Positions 24,401 to 36,476 of a stretch of 64,000 nt of DNA are shown here, piece after piece. The stretch is from Antedon mediterranea (Eukaryota > Animalia > Echinodermata). Made by a program: the position numbers and the translations under genes. Where the stretch lies: NCBI RefSeq assembly GCF_964355755.1, contig NC_092679.1:21931432-21995431 (forward strand), read 5' to 3'. Positions within the stretch are counted from its first letter, which is position 1. The number at the start of each line of letters is the position of its first letter. The notes under the pieces were generated by a model. It did no database searches. It was not told the origin of the DNA and saw only the letters and a list, made by a program, of their open reading frames with translations.

Positions 24401-25771
24401 GCTGATTTTTCCGGAAAGTCTGGTATTCAGAATGTGTTCTTATTGGATAATTTACATATACACATTGGATAAATGAATTTGGGACTTTTTGGAAGAGAAA
24501 AGTCTGGTTTTGGGAGAGTTTCTGTTTTTCAGAGAGTCTTGTATTGGGAGAGTTGACTGTACTAGTTTAGTACTGTAATTCATATATGTACAGTAACTGT
24601 ATTGTGGAAGCATTTTAGTGATTTTTATTTTATAGAATCGCTATTAAAGGGACACCTTTAGGACAAAACAGGGTGTCTCTAACGAGAGGCACTTGACAAA
24701 AATAATATGACTAAAACAATATTAATATTATTAAACTAATTATTAAGTATCTTGAATTGTATTTAAAAAGATAAAATATAATGACAACCAAAAAGGCAAA
24801 GTTGTAAAATAAACATATCAATAACTTTGTAAGGAATTAAATTACAGTAAATAAATATTATAACTTCACTGACGAGATCTAAGATTGAAACAGTATTATA
24901 TATAAATCCAAAGGCAAATTCCTGAAAAAACGACAATTCTGTTGGTATCAGTGGCTGGATCTCAATGGAGATACAAATAAATAAATTAAAATGATGTAAA
25001 ATTAGTATTAAAATAAGTAAAATAGCCAGAAAAAAAAAATATATATATATATATATTTCTGTACATATGACATTAAGGATAAACTCTTCGGTTTTTTCCA
25101 CTCCACTGTGTTTCCGAAGCCATAACTAAAATTATCAGTTAATTATTTTAACCAATCAGATAATTAATAAAAAGTGCACAGTTCAATCATTACCATATCG
25201 TAATAATAATTTGTTGTTCTGGAAAAAGGTTAACAATGATGGCAGTACAGTAATGGGATAATTATCTGATAATCTCAAGCAGGATCGGTTAAACCCCGTT
25301 TCCACAGAACCCCTATCATCAGTTAATCTTTGTATTGGATAATTATCTGTACATTTTTGGCTGTGGAAACCCAACCTTCGAGTAAGACTTCATATAGCAT
25401 GTTATGTTTCAGTTAAGCCCCGTTTCCACTGAACCTCTATCAGTTAATTTTTGTATTGGATAATTATCTGTAACGTTTTGGCTGTGGAAACACAACCTTT
25501 GAGTAAGACTTCATATATCACGTTATGTTTCATTCACAGGTACAAGTTGAAAGGAGTTCGTCACATAGTTTTCTACCAGCTTCCAACTTATCCACAATTC
25601 TTTAGCGAACTTTGCAATATGATTGATAACCGATCAACAAACAATTTCAACTGTTCCATTATCTATTCAAAGTTCGATGCGCAACGATTAGCCGGTGTAG
25701 TAGGAACGGAACGTTGTTCGCGTATGTTGTCCTCTGATAAAGACACGCATCTGTTGGTGACTGGTACATGA
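3445..25771 (+). CDS. UTP25: U3 snoRNA-associated protein 25 / digestive organ expansion factor, 3' part. Exons: ~3445(or 3454)-3638, 4700-4856, 14095-14191, 16436-16521, 17543-17625, 19748-19821, 22400-22471, 22654-22778, 23621-23719, 25540-25771
   Basis: The spliced exons read in one frame: [18 protein letters not shown]...[12 protein letters not shown]...[19 protein letters not shown]...[24 protein letters not shown]...[10 protein letters not shown]...YYRQTLILS...[16 protein letters not shown]...[39 protein letters not shown]...YSKFDAQRL...VTGT*. These are recognisable Utp25/DEF motifs. Splice sites are GT-AG except one AT-AC intron. The 5' exons lie upstream of the window. Confidence 0.95.
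3825..4623. repeat. Tandem array of about 15 units of ~52-58 bp (CACCCTTCAGGGGTCATTCAACACTTTATCTGATGTCAGTAT plus a variable poly-C run)
   Basis: Directly visible. It fills most of the UTP25 intron 3639-4699 and ends at a CCCTTAATAGAGGTTCTACTGTA motif shared with the Tigger-like MITE family. Confidence 0.95.
5561..6407. mobile_element. Non-autonomous piggyBac-like element
   Basis: TTAA at 5557-5560 and 6408-6411 flanks 13-bp TIRs CCCTTTCACTGCG / CGCAGTGAAAAGG (1 mismatch). Subterminal ATACCCG...CGGGTAT hairpins; no transposase ORF. Confidence 0.85.
6655..8073. mobile_element. Non-autonomous TIR DNA transposon, P- or hAT-like
   Basis: Termini CAGGGGTCCCAAGT / AGTTGGGACCTCTG (12/14 match). Flanks CAGCCAG / CAGCCAC form an imperfect 7-bp TSD. 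Subterminal TACCGC repeats. Confidence 0.7.
8295..11465 (-). mobile_element. Head-to-tail dimer (~1.5-kb units starting at 8295 and 9805) of a non-autonomous Helentron/DINE-like rolling-circle element
   Basis: Two highly similar copies. On the minus strand each ends with subTIR GTGCGGATAACT, hairpin TAACTCGTCA-AAG-TGACGAGTTA, then CATGTCTAG. The other end carries AGTTATCCGC-CAAGT-GCGGATAACT (subTIR plus its inverted repeat), present twice at ~11367 and ~11439. Confidence 0.75.
12038..12527. mobile_element. Kolobok-like MITE family B (TTAA-AGATGTATTGTCCC...GGGACAATACATCT-TTAA). Related copies at ~4885-5508, 11693-11897, 15010-15800 (with a nested copy ~15148-15663), 22501-22600, 30495-30805
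   Basis: TTAA target duplication with TIRs beginning AG, the pattern known for Kolobok elements. Several dispersed copies. Confidence 0.75.
13178..13308 (+). mobile_element. 3' fragment of the tRNA-derived SINE seen at 54290-54580
   Basis: Near-identical to ~54447-54575; ends in an (ATT)n tail. Confidence 0.75.
16178..16350. mobile_element. ~170-bp MITE-like family D with nested inverted repeats; also at ~28024-28171, 37980-38141, 54028-54191
   Basis: The best copy has termini GGATACTGAGCTC / GAGCTCAGTGTCC. The copies share an inner inverted repeat TGGCTGCGACA / TGTCGCAGCCA. Four dispersed copies. Confidence 0.7.
17021..17513. repeat. Tandem array of 22-30 bp hairpin units (TTCACTCT-ACCAGGGA-AGAGTGAA, with or without CTCACTAA)
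   Basis: Directly visible. It ends with an inverted copy (TCACTCTTCCCTG) about 30 bp before the 17543 exon. Confidence 0.92.
17626..19747 (+). other. U12-type (minor spliceosome) AT-AC intron in UTP25
   Basis: 5' splice site ATATCCTTT at 17626; branch site TTCCTTAAT at 19731-19739; AC at 19746-19747. Joining gives in-frame ...[13 protein letters not shown]. The nearby AG at 19753-19754 is out of frame. Confidence 0.9.
20671..22173 (-). mobile_element. Non-autonomous Helitron, long copy
   Basis: The minus strand starts TCTATATATAAATTTACGTAAGGGC after a host A and ends with a GC-rich hairpin plus CTAG before a host T. No TSD. Internal 60-bp tandem duplication at ~20702-20821. Confidence 0.85.
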
Positions 25772-26127
25772 ATACAGTAGAAACTCCCGTATTCAGAGGA
25801 CACCTCTATTAAGGGGACATTTTAACATGAAACGAATGATGGAAATATATGATTTAACACTGTGTATATGTTACCTCTATTAAGGGGACACTTTAACATG
25901 AAACGAATGATGGAAATATATGATTTAACACTGCGTATATCAATTGTGTTGCGTAAATTATATATGAATAATACTGTCAAATTATTGAAACAGTCCTCAT
26001 ATTTGGAACATGATGCTACGGCTAAAGTAACCCCTTTTCAGAAACATGTCTGTTATGGGGACACAAAGGTGTAGATATTCTACAATATTTTCACAAGAAT
26101 TTTTAGTATAAATTAAAACTGGTTTCT

Positions 26128-29100
26128 TTAATAGTTACACCGATCTGTTACTAGTCTTACAACGCCATCTTTGTTCAATTGCGTCAGCGAAACATATTCC
26201 TGGGGCATCTTATGGTGACTATGGGTGTAGTTATATACCACTGTTTCGTAATAATGATGCTGTATAGGTCGGCCATGCGTGTCTTCGTAGAATGGAAAAA
26301 ACCCATATAAACTGATTTTATCACAATAGTAATTCATAGCAGAAAACATATTTATACCACTGGAAGGAAGACGTAAATGCCACAACCTAAAATAAATGAA
26401 ATTGAGTTTATTTATTACACCTTATTTATAGAGGGTGACCCTAAACAGCGTACAGTATGCTGACAATCAAGGGGGCCCTCTTGATGAGTGACAGTGGCTG
26501 TGTGTATACTAGTACACCGGGGTAAGCCCCTACTTGTCTCGAAAGATGTACTAGGTTCTTTAAAGTGCTCATGAGCCATAATAATACTGACAAAGTATGT
26601 GTTACTGTATATAAAACATGCAACGGTGGAGTAAAAAAGAAACGCCGTATTTGACATTATTTTTACTTTATGCTTATTTATATTGATAAACATTATAGAA
26701 AATGATACGAAAAGAAAAATAAAGAATTTTGGCTAATAATCGCTCTGATTGGAGAAGTCTTGTGAAGTGCGCGTTCGTGATGATAATGATGATGATGATA
26801 TTGCGATACACATAGTGATTCAGCATTTCACATGTAACCCCTGGATAATACAGTACTACTGCATATAGTACTACATATAGTATAAACAAAACGAAAGATA
26901 TGAAAGAATAAAACAAACTTACGTTTTTGACAACCTCATTGGCGATGAAAGTGAGTAACCGATCCTAATATTGTCAAATCCCAACTGCATACCAACCGCT
27001 TTCAGCGCAGCTGTACCGGTGCCACCTGCCCCCAAAGGGTACCACATAATTGTGTTTTTAAAAGTTCTAAACGTCTTCAGTTGATGACTGTCTAATACCA
27101 TTCTTTTCCCTCCAAGACGTCGTTTGAGCTGAATCGCTGACGCACGATTAAACGCCATTATACTAGTTTTTTTACCGACATCACTTTCAAATCCTAAAAT
27201 CCGTGCAGAGTTTGCGCGTACGACCAAATCATGTGCGTCGATTTCGCGTCCACATCCGCTATTTAGTAAAATCCCAGAATTTCCGATGATTGCGCATGTG
27301 TCGTGATGTTGCAGGAATTCCGTGCTATTCGCTTTTTTAAGTTGTGTAAGATTTGTGTCGAATTTCATATCTGTCAGCGATGTGTTATGTTTGTATACAA
27401 TCAATGATAATTTTCCATCCATGTATTTTTTTATTTTTTCCCTTAGAAAAGACAAAACAAATTTAAAATGTATTACTTTAATTTAATCTAATAGAAGAAT
27501 AAGTAGCATGCCGTGAGTTACCCTCCTCCCCTCCCCCCGCACACCCTCTTTTTTTAAAGCGGAAAGTTACCTCATATTTTCTACTGACGTCATGTTGATG
27601 TTGCTCCAGTCAATAAAAACATCCCCTGATGATGTTGGTGACGGTCTGGCTTTCGGTGTTGATGACCAGATGTTATGGTTTCTTTTAGAAGATGCCGGCG
27701 AAGCAGGTCGTAAGAATTGGCTATTGTTTTTATTAATTTTTAAAGAATATAGCATTCGATTCGTCGTATACAACCTATATAAAAATAAAAAAGAGATATA
27801 GCTAATTGTACATTGTTTAAAAAAAAAAATGTTCTGCCTCTCAGACGTCCCCGGGACTAAAAAGTCGGAATGTAGTCATTGCGAGAGACAAACTCAACTC
27901 CACTCTGTTAACTGGTTAAATAGAAAAAAAAAAACCATTTTCCATTAATGCAAATGGTGTGGGTAACTGCATAATTTATAATTGTTGTTTAGATACATGG
28001 GGAAAAGCCGCCCAACAAACGGAGGATGCTGGGCTCCGGAAATCAAAGGGTTTATCTGTGACTTCGACACGATTCCTGGTACTGTATAGTAAAGTTGGCA
28101 TTTGTCGCAGCCAGACATAAGCTCAAAGGACTGTTACGAGTTCCTATCTTGGCACAGCGAGTTCAGTGTCCAGCGGCCTTGGTTAGACCACTGGAGCTTT
28201 CATGGTACTCAAATCCGTTCAAATACTGACGCTTACCCTCCGCGTAATACTAAATAGAGATGACAGAGATATTATAGTATTATATTGTATTATTATATAT
28301 AGTATTATAGTTCACTATACTATCTCTATGGTAGAGAACCTATGGAACAGCACTAAGGTAGTTCCCGTTGAAGAATTATTGTTATCCGAAAGCTCGGTTC
28401 TTTCCTGTACCAGCTTTTTGCTTATTTTTAGTCTAGTCGCGTGCAACGCCACTCTACAGCTCACTGTGTCGGTTGGTCGGTCGGTATTAACACTAACTCA
28501 AATTTTAGCACGCGACTGCAGCCATATACATGGCCTCGTTCTCCATTGAGATCCAACCAATACTCGCAGAAATGTAAAAAATGTGTTTTTCCGGTAATTT
28601 GCCTTTAGCCGTATTGTATAATACAGCTGGTTCAATAATGGAATCAATCATAACTTAGATTTAAACGTTCCTTGATCAATGCCTATTGTTTGTGTTATTT
28701 ACTATTTTATATATTTACATCAACATATGTTCTTCCTTGACATTGTAATTACATTCTATGTACACACGTCAAATTAACCTAAATAAAAGTAAAACACAGT
28801 AATTGATCATGAGCAAAACACTTTTCATTTGAATTGTATCTTCGATCGATCGAAATAATTTCAAGTGCTGCCTATCGGAGTAAAACACGCATCTATATAT
28901 AAATTTACGTAAGGGCAACATTTGGTAAATCGCGCGTTATATAAACGTCATAGTGGTACTGTATCGTTGCATGTGCTTTACTATTTCAATCGACTATAAC
29001 AGGGACAGTTTTAGTTTTTTGGACTCATTTTAAGACAAGTTTCTCCTTCGGAAGTAGGCCTAATTCCCAATGGGCTAATTTTAGTTGACTACATTAATCA

Positions 29101-32100
29101 TCGTGTCTATTTATTCGTTTCTGAAAACGACAATGTATTTATAGTCCTGCGGTACGTACATTTGAAATCGCCAGTTTTTTTACGCTGAAATTACTAAATG
29201 TGTATTCGAGAATCATCTGTTGACACGACCTAGATGGTACGCGAGCGAACCATCTAGTAGTCTAAATTATAATATTACACTAGCTTTCTCCAGAACCGAC
29301 GCCCTTGTGGGTGTCCAACCACCCTCCACACCGTGCTCCTAAATGAGTTGATGTGGGTACAGGTTTAATGGACGAGTACACCGGGGTAACCCCCCTGCTT
29401 GTCTCGAAAGATGCACTAGTTTATGAATAAATACACCTACACGGCCTTTATTTGGCCAATATACAATATCTAGATGTTTGCTTAGTTTTGTCAACGCTGG
29501 AGCGAATAAATTGATCTTTGTTGGCAAGAGTTTGGAAAGATCAGTTTAACAATGTAGACTAAGTTCAATAAACATTAGTCAGTCAGTTGACAAACTAGAT
29601 GTTTGCTTAGTTTTGTCAACTCTAGAGCGAATCAAATGATCTTTGTGGGTAAGAGAGTTTGGGAAGATAGGTTTACTAATTTATAGAAGACCTTGATCAA
29701 TACATTTATTTGGAAAGTACACCTTTACATCGTGTCTAGGCTTAGCTATGAATGAAGGTCACTAATCCGGATAGACCCTAAACTCATAGATTGAATTGTG
29801 TACATGGCTTCTTGTGTAGAAAAACAAATGGAAGAGGTTGTGAAATCTGAAAATCAGTGCTCAATCAAAGAAAAACAGTTTTTCCTGTCAGTCTATAATG
29901 ATTCAATATACATGCTTTGAAGAAAAATAATGGCCTAAACACATTGAGCAACAACATTTTCTCTCATTTCACGAGTCTTTGCCTAACTCTCATCCAAAGT
30001 TTTCAGTGTCATTTATTATTATATTGCGCATAATAATAACACGTTTATGGGTTTTTATTTTTGGTTAAAAATTCACTCGTTACGTTTCACCGATCATTTC
30101 TGGCGTTTTCTAAACCCAATTAGCTTTATCAAGGAATCTACTCTACATTTTTGTCTCAGCAGTAGTGTATTGTCTGTAGATTGCAAAATACAAAAGGCGC
30201 ACTTAGACATGCATGATTAACATTTCCTTATAATGGTATAGGTATTATTTAGACTTTTCTACTATTGTCTACGTTCACAAAGAATAGCCTCAGAAGGTTA
30301 CGATTTTTACTAAACTGAAACTCTGAGAAAAATCTGATTGTGTTATTATAAGTCTGATTGTTATGTAAACAACGATTTTTTATATTGACTATATCTGTAT
30401 ATAATTCTTTCTATTTAAATGAATATTGGACAATAAATTGTTATTACAAATCGAAAAGTTGCTCACAGGGCCTATGTATTCATGAATGGTTTTAAAGATG
30501 TATTGTCCCCCAAAAACATGAAAAATGAAATTAAATCATACTTTGAATATGTTATTTTGTAGTTTTAATCAAGTTAATCACTTCTATAGAAAGAATAATG
30601 TTTTCACTTATAGATTGACAAAATAAATGGTTAAATTCAACCAATTTGACCATTTTTTGCTTTAAATTACAGTTTTTTCAGGTAAATACATTTTTTTTTC
30701 GATCCAATTTGTGGTTAAAGTGGATTCCTATTATATTACATTGAAATGACATATTGAACAAAATTTTTGTTAAGAATTATTTTTCCAGGGGACAATACAT
30801 TTTTAAACGTAAACAATATACAGGTTGTAAAAAAAAATAATTTCACAATATTCTAAATAATGTTTCAGAACAGTATATATAATATTAATACTGCATGGAT
30901 TCTACATCAACATGATCGAATAGGCCTATGCTACATGTCTCTCGTGTCTGAAATAAAGGACCCCAGGTACAAGGTTGTTGTGGGGATGGTGGGGCTGTGA
31001 GAAGTATACCAATTTTCTATTAGTTTAGCGGAAATAATTCCAATTTGTGTAATATACTTCGGGCTTTCGTCTATTTTCCTTTACACGCTATTAATTTTAT
31101 TTCGTCTATCACCAAAAATATAAATAATCCGTCGTCGTGACCGTGACTAAATACGTTGTATGAAGTTCTTTTGACATACGTTTTGCCAGAGGAATCACTT
31201 TCGTAGTTTTACCAAGGTCGAATGTTAATATCGATGTCTGGGTTGGGCGAATTTAATGTTTCAACACTGTTTTATTTTCAGATAATCCGCAGCGATTGTT
31301 TAGTAATTCCATTTTTTTATGGATAATTGTGTTTGTAACGACAAATGCCTACATAATATACGAGTCGCATACATGATGATAAAGCGGCCCTCCGGCAGCG
31401 AATTTGTTTTCGTAGGCCTAAAGTTGGGCACCCTGTAACGGTAGTCGTGTCGAGGGCCAAGACAATAACGACGGCACAAAATTATTCAAAATATAACCTT
31501 TATTCAATCAAAAGTAACATTATCAAACAATGTGAAAATGTAGTGATTCTGACTGATGTTAGTCTCAAGAATCAATACCCGAATTCTTAACTACAAAACA
31601 TATATTTATATTAAGGGGACAGGAAGGATGACTAATCAAATGGTACCACATCCTGAATAACTTTCCTTGGAAGACCCACCTCAGGAATGTAGTGTTCCAA
31701 GTTAAGTAGGCATCTGGGAGAGTAAGTGGTGAATAGCCTGTGTGACTAATAGGGTTTGGTCCCACCATGTTACACGTACCCCTTATGTGAAAGATAGCCG
31801 GTGAATAGCCTGTGTGACTAATAGGGTTTGGTCCCACCATGTTACACGTACCCCTTATGTGAAAGATAGCCGGTGAATAGCCTGTGTGATAATAGGGTTT
31901 GGTCCCACCATGTTACACGTACCCCTTATGTGAAAGATAGCCGGTGAATAGGCTGTGTGACTAATATGGTTTGGTCCCACCATGTTACACGTACCCCTTA
32001 TGTGAAAGATAGCCGGTGAATAGCCTGTGTGATAATAGGGTTTGGTCCCACCATGTTACACGTACCCCTTATGTGAAATATAGCCGGTGAATAGCCTGTG

Positions 32101-33238
32101 TGACAATAGGGTTTGGTCCCACCATGTTACACGTACCCCTTATGTGAAAGATAGCCGGTGAATAGCCTGTGTGATAATAGGGTTTGGTCCCACCATGTTA
32201 CACGTACCCCTTATGTGAAAGATAGCCGGTGAAATAGCCTGTGTGATAATAGGGTTTGGTCCCACCATGTTACACGTACCCCTTATGTGAAAGATAGCCG
32301 CGAAGTACTTGCAGAACTAAACCCAACCCTCTAAATAATCTCTCTCACTATAAAGTAAAAGTTGCTCATGGGATTCGAACCCCATACATCGTAAAGTCCA
32401 TAGGGCCTAATCTTATTTCTTTCGACTAAACAGACGGCTAGACAGAACCCGCAGTTGTTATATAAATTCTTACGTCACAACTTATGGATATGACTAATGA
32501 ATATTCATGTTTAATTTGTGACGTTTCATGAGGGGTCCCCCCCCCCCCAACTTATGTACGAAAAGGAATATACCCCCTCCCCCCTCCGGCACTATTTATT
32601 TTATACTCAAAAGTCTAGTCTATTCCACACCCGGTTTCGTCAGGTATACATTCCTGACATTGGCAGCGCGCGCGTCTGATCTTCGACGATCTAAAATGAT
32701 CGCTTCCGTCGTCTGTGTTTTTATTGGCACAAACGTATTACTATTACAGGCCTACAGTAGGCCTACCTCCATAAAATAAGAGCTAAACATTATTGGATTG
32801 ATTTATTGATAGCCTTGGTTGTGGCACCCCTCTAAATTCCGGAAATTAAAATCCAAAATATAAGACATTATTTCAAGTTCTGCTCGTTATTGCGCATAAT
32901 ATTTAGGCCCTATGGCCCCCCCCCCATCTCACGCACCCCTACTTCAAAACCCTAAACACTGGACGACCATCTAATTAAATTATTTGACACTAAAGGTATA
33001 ATTGCATGGTTTAATAACGTGCATAAAACACACCTGTGATCGATACATTATCATATGGAAAGAGATTTAGACCCCAATATAATCATGTAAATCTGTATGT
33101 GAAGGACACACTTCTCCACGGGCTTGGCCCGACTACTTACCATTTTCTGGAAGACATGTATTGGAACGTAAGTCCAGAAATTAATAAAACGTATATGATG
33201 CCAAGCACAACATACGCAGGTTTTAATTTAGCCATCAT
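26128..33238 (-). CDS. Alpha-2,8-sialyltransferase-like protein (GT29, ST8Sia family), copy A, intact. Exons: 33141-33238, 27571-27774, 26923-27441, 26128-26386
   Basis: Type II membrane anchor (MAKLKPAYVVLGIIYVLLISGLTFQYM), Ser/Pro-rich stem, sialylmotif L (CAIIGNSGILLNSGCGREIDAHDLVVRAN...DVGKKT), S (PSSGINMFSAMNYYCDKISLYGF), III (HHYYE) and VS (HKMPQE). It has the C-terminal Cys typical of ST8Sia. All introns are GT-AG and in phase. Confidence 0.92.
28892..29257 (+). mobile_element. Non-autonomous Helitron, short internally deleted copy of the 20671-22173 family
   Basis: A|TCTATATATAAATTTACGTAAGGGC...CTAGATGGTACGCGAGCGAACCATCTAG|T. Both ends match the long copy. Confidence 0.85.
31434..32627 (-). 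mobile_element. Possible solo LTR containing the 72-bp array
   Basis: TG...CA ends flanked by a CACCC direct repeat (31429-31433 and 32628-32632). A minus-strand AATAAA lies near 31499. Confidence 0.35.
31728..32299. repeat. Tandem array of 8 units of 71-72 bp (GGTGAATAGCCTGTGTGA...GTGAAAGATAGCC)
   Basis: Directly visible near-identical units in intron 1 of ST8Sia copy A. Confidence 0.95.
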
Positions 33239-33477
33239 AATATACAGTATAGGCTTATACTACCGGGTAAAAACTTCAGCAAAGCAATACTCGACATTCT
33301 ATAGTCCAGTGCATTTCTTTTCAAAGTGCTAACAACCAATGACAAGCATCTCTCTTCTTTTGTCGTCACTAATCACATTGCATTGTTTCACGTCTGACTC
33401 TTGAAGTGTAAATGATCTTATCATAATTGTTTTGGGCGAAAACCCCCTGCAACTCGCGCAAGGACGTTTTGAGCGTA

Positions 33478-36000
33478 AAGCGTGGTTCCCACTAGCGACG
33501 CAACACAAGGACGTAACGCAACGCAAGTGAATTGACCAATCACAAGCGATGGCTTATTCGCTTGTGATTGCTAACTGTCTATAACCATGGAGTAAAGAAT
33601 AAGAGGAGACACAACTTGAATAGTTCAGTCAGTTCATCGTGTTTACCGCTTGCTTAAGGCTATGCTTGTAATGAGTATTTAAGGAGGTGCTAAACACTGC
33701 CGTTACGTAACCCAATTAGCAAAGAGTACAATGTTTACTGCCCGCGGTCAATTTTGGTGTTAGTACACATGCGTATTAGGACGTCACAATACTCTTGCTA
33801 GGCGATGTGCGTTCAAGCGTGAAAGGTGTACTATATACTGTTTGTAGACCTACTGAACTTGTATTCCGACCTTGTTTATTAATTTTTATTAAAAAGCAGC
33901 GCTATATATATATTCTACTGGGTATCTTTTATTAATAAATTAATAATACGAGTTTTATACGGCACCAATAAAGGAATTATATTTATATGGTTTACTGTGT
34001 ACTAAATGTTGGTAATTTCTCCAGACAACTTATCATGAATCCCCGGCATGAATCATGATGAATAAATGGGTTTAATAAGGACCAGTGGTGGTGCCAGCGG
34101 GGGGGGGGGGGGTTACGGGGGCTGTACCCCTCGTCGTCTCCCCACCTCCCCTCTTCCCCGTCTGGGAAACGCGAGTACTTTTCGTCGGGGAATATAATAT
34201 ACAGTAAAAATCATTCGCGTTCACTTCGTATAACTTCAGCGCCTAGAAAAACCACGACGTTCCATTTTTTTTAGTACCTGTACTGTACGTTGCTTGGTGG
34301 AGCGGAGAGCTATTGCACTTTGCATGCATTATTGCCAGCGATCTAATAAACAATGAATAGGTACGCACTTGTCTGGCGGTTCCCCTTTGTACGAATTGTT
34401 TAACATTGGACCTGCTCCATTGCGGTCCATTGCGGTTTACGTGTGATATCATGTTCCATCCAGGGACCAGAATGTGTACTGTGTACTAGTTACTTTCCAG
34501 GCGAAGTTTACAGCCGCATCAGTCGTGATCGACGTACGCAATACAGCAAAAGGGTACGAATAATGTTGGCGATCTATTGTTCGTATGTCCGATTTTTAAA
34601 TTTTACGATTAACCGCTATGTACCGAACTGTACATAATCCTTTTAAACAATGGCTTATAATTACAAAAGAGCATAGACTATATTTGTAATTGAATTTTTA
34701 ACCAACACATATCATTTGTAGTTGTTGTTATGGGTTGATACTAAACGAATATTCTCGTAGTACCGTACCATTTTATACCATATTATATAATATTATAATA
34801 ACGACCAACCGAAAACTAAAACTAATTGATTAATTTCTTCTTTAATAAAATATTACTACTATTTGTTTTCTAACGTTATTACAATTATTAATATATTAAT
34901 ATAGACCTACATAAAAAAAACCTATTATTATTATTGATATTGTTTATTGTTACTATAGGCGCGCCTATGCCTGAACCTATTAGGCCTACCGGTTACGGTA
35001 TGCACTAAATATGTCCATCATTATGGGATTAAATATTATCCTTATTTAGGCTATTTATTAAATAATAATATATTACGAACTACTAGGCCTATGTGTAGCC
35101 ACAAATCGTTAAACGATATATAATTTAAGTCCTACAATTTCACTGAACTCTAAGTATGTGATCGTAAAAATCATATATTTTATTATTAATATCATAAATA
35201 ATTTAATTATACAATATCAGACTAAAATAGAAGAATGTTAGTTTTGCTAAACAGTCATAATATAGACTGAAACATAAATTAAATGTCATATACAGTAATA
35301 AAAATAAGAAATTGTGTCGTTGGAATTCTACTATACGTATATTTTTGAATATTCATGAGAACAAATTATATAATTTTTTTCATGCGCGCATTTGCGCGCA
35401 CTAAAATGTGATTTTAAAATAAGTTGGAGTCTTTAATATGCTACAAAATGCACTAGGGTTCGTAAATTAAAAAGTTGCTTAAACGGTAAAATTTCGATTT
35501 ACCAAATGATACGTCTATGGCTTGATAAAAAATATGATTAATTTGTTAGCTGGTATAAAAACTGCGATATCTCCGTGAAAATTTACTCGATTTTTAAACG
35601 GTTTTTTCGAGAAAAAAGCTCAAAGAACAATGAACAACTGCACAAAGGTCATGCTTCACTATGATGTATTAGAAACTACTGCGCAGCCTCTGTTTACTTT
35701 TTTTGTCATCGATGTCATGCCTGGCTTCTTCCTTAATTAGGGTGTTACGTAATCAGAGTCGACTCTGCAGCGAGCTGCACGGGTAAACAGGATGTTCTTC
35801 AAAGGATCGTTATGGGAAGTTTATTACCCTATGCTTAAGCACTACCGCACAGCGTGATACTAATTGGATTAACTGGATAGCTAGGCCGTGTTGTGCCTCC
35901 TCTTATTCTTTACTCCATGCTATAACTTCGCTTGTCATTGGTTAAAACGCTTGCGTTGCGTTTACGTCATTGCGTTACGTTCTAGTGGGAACCAAGCTTA
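33478..36000. mobile_element. MITE family C (GGTTCCCACTAG...CTAGTGGGAACC), here split by a 2.3-kb insertion. Uninterrupted or partial copies at ~23460-23590, 37065-37112, 37670-37840
   Basis: The left half (33478-33585) and right half (35920-36000) together reconstruct the reverse complement of the 37670-37840 copy. Confidence 0.85.
33586..35919. mobile_element. Non-autonomous P-superfamily-like DNA transposon with a 7-bp TSD
   Basis: ~30-bp TIRs CATGGAGTAAAGAATAAGAGGAGACACAAC / GTTGTGCCTCCTCTTATTCTTTACTCCATG. Perfect CTATAAC duplication (33579-33585 and 35920-35926); the uninterrupted host MITE copy has CTATAAC only once. Confidence 0.85.
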
Positions 36001-36388
36001 ACATAAGTGAGTTGCGTCTCTGGAGGAACCAAAGTTACCTATACGTTTATGTGTCCATATATGGATATGATGACGTCACATCACTACCATATTTAGGCAT
36101 ATCACTACCATATTTGGGCACATCACACTTGTTTGTCAAACTAGTTTGATAGTGTAGACAGAGCTTTAGACTTTTTAACCATTACTTTACAAACATTGAA
36201 TAAACGTTATATCATTTGTATGTTGCGTGTTATTTTTAACGTTTAGGTATAAGTTTTAGGTATAAACGACATTTACATGTTCAGACCTAACTTGGAAAAA
36301 ACTATCAGGAGTTTACGAAATTATATCCAAACTATAGGGGGCGTTAATAAACATCAAATTATAGAGGGCGCTATTTAAAAATTAAAGG

Positions 36389-36476
36389 CAGAGCCATATA
36401 TAAAGAGTTACGATATTGAAGATTAGAAGCCATTTTTGTGTCAAAGAATTTGCACGTCTCTTTATATATGGCTCTG
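36389..36476. mobile_element. 88-bp MITE with an 8-bp TSD (hAT- or P-like)
   Basis: 19-bp perfect TIR CAGAGCCATATATAAAGAG; ATTAAAGG on both sides. Confidence 0.85.

Noticed and set aside
33036-33332. 98-aa plus-strand ORF
   Set aside because: It is the antisense shadow of ST8Sia copy A exon 1.
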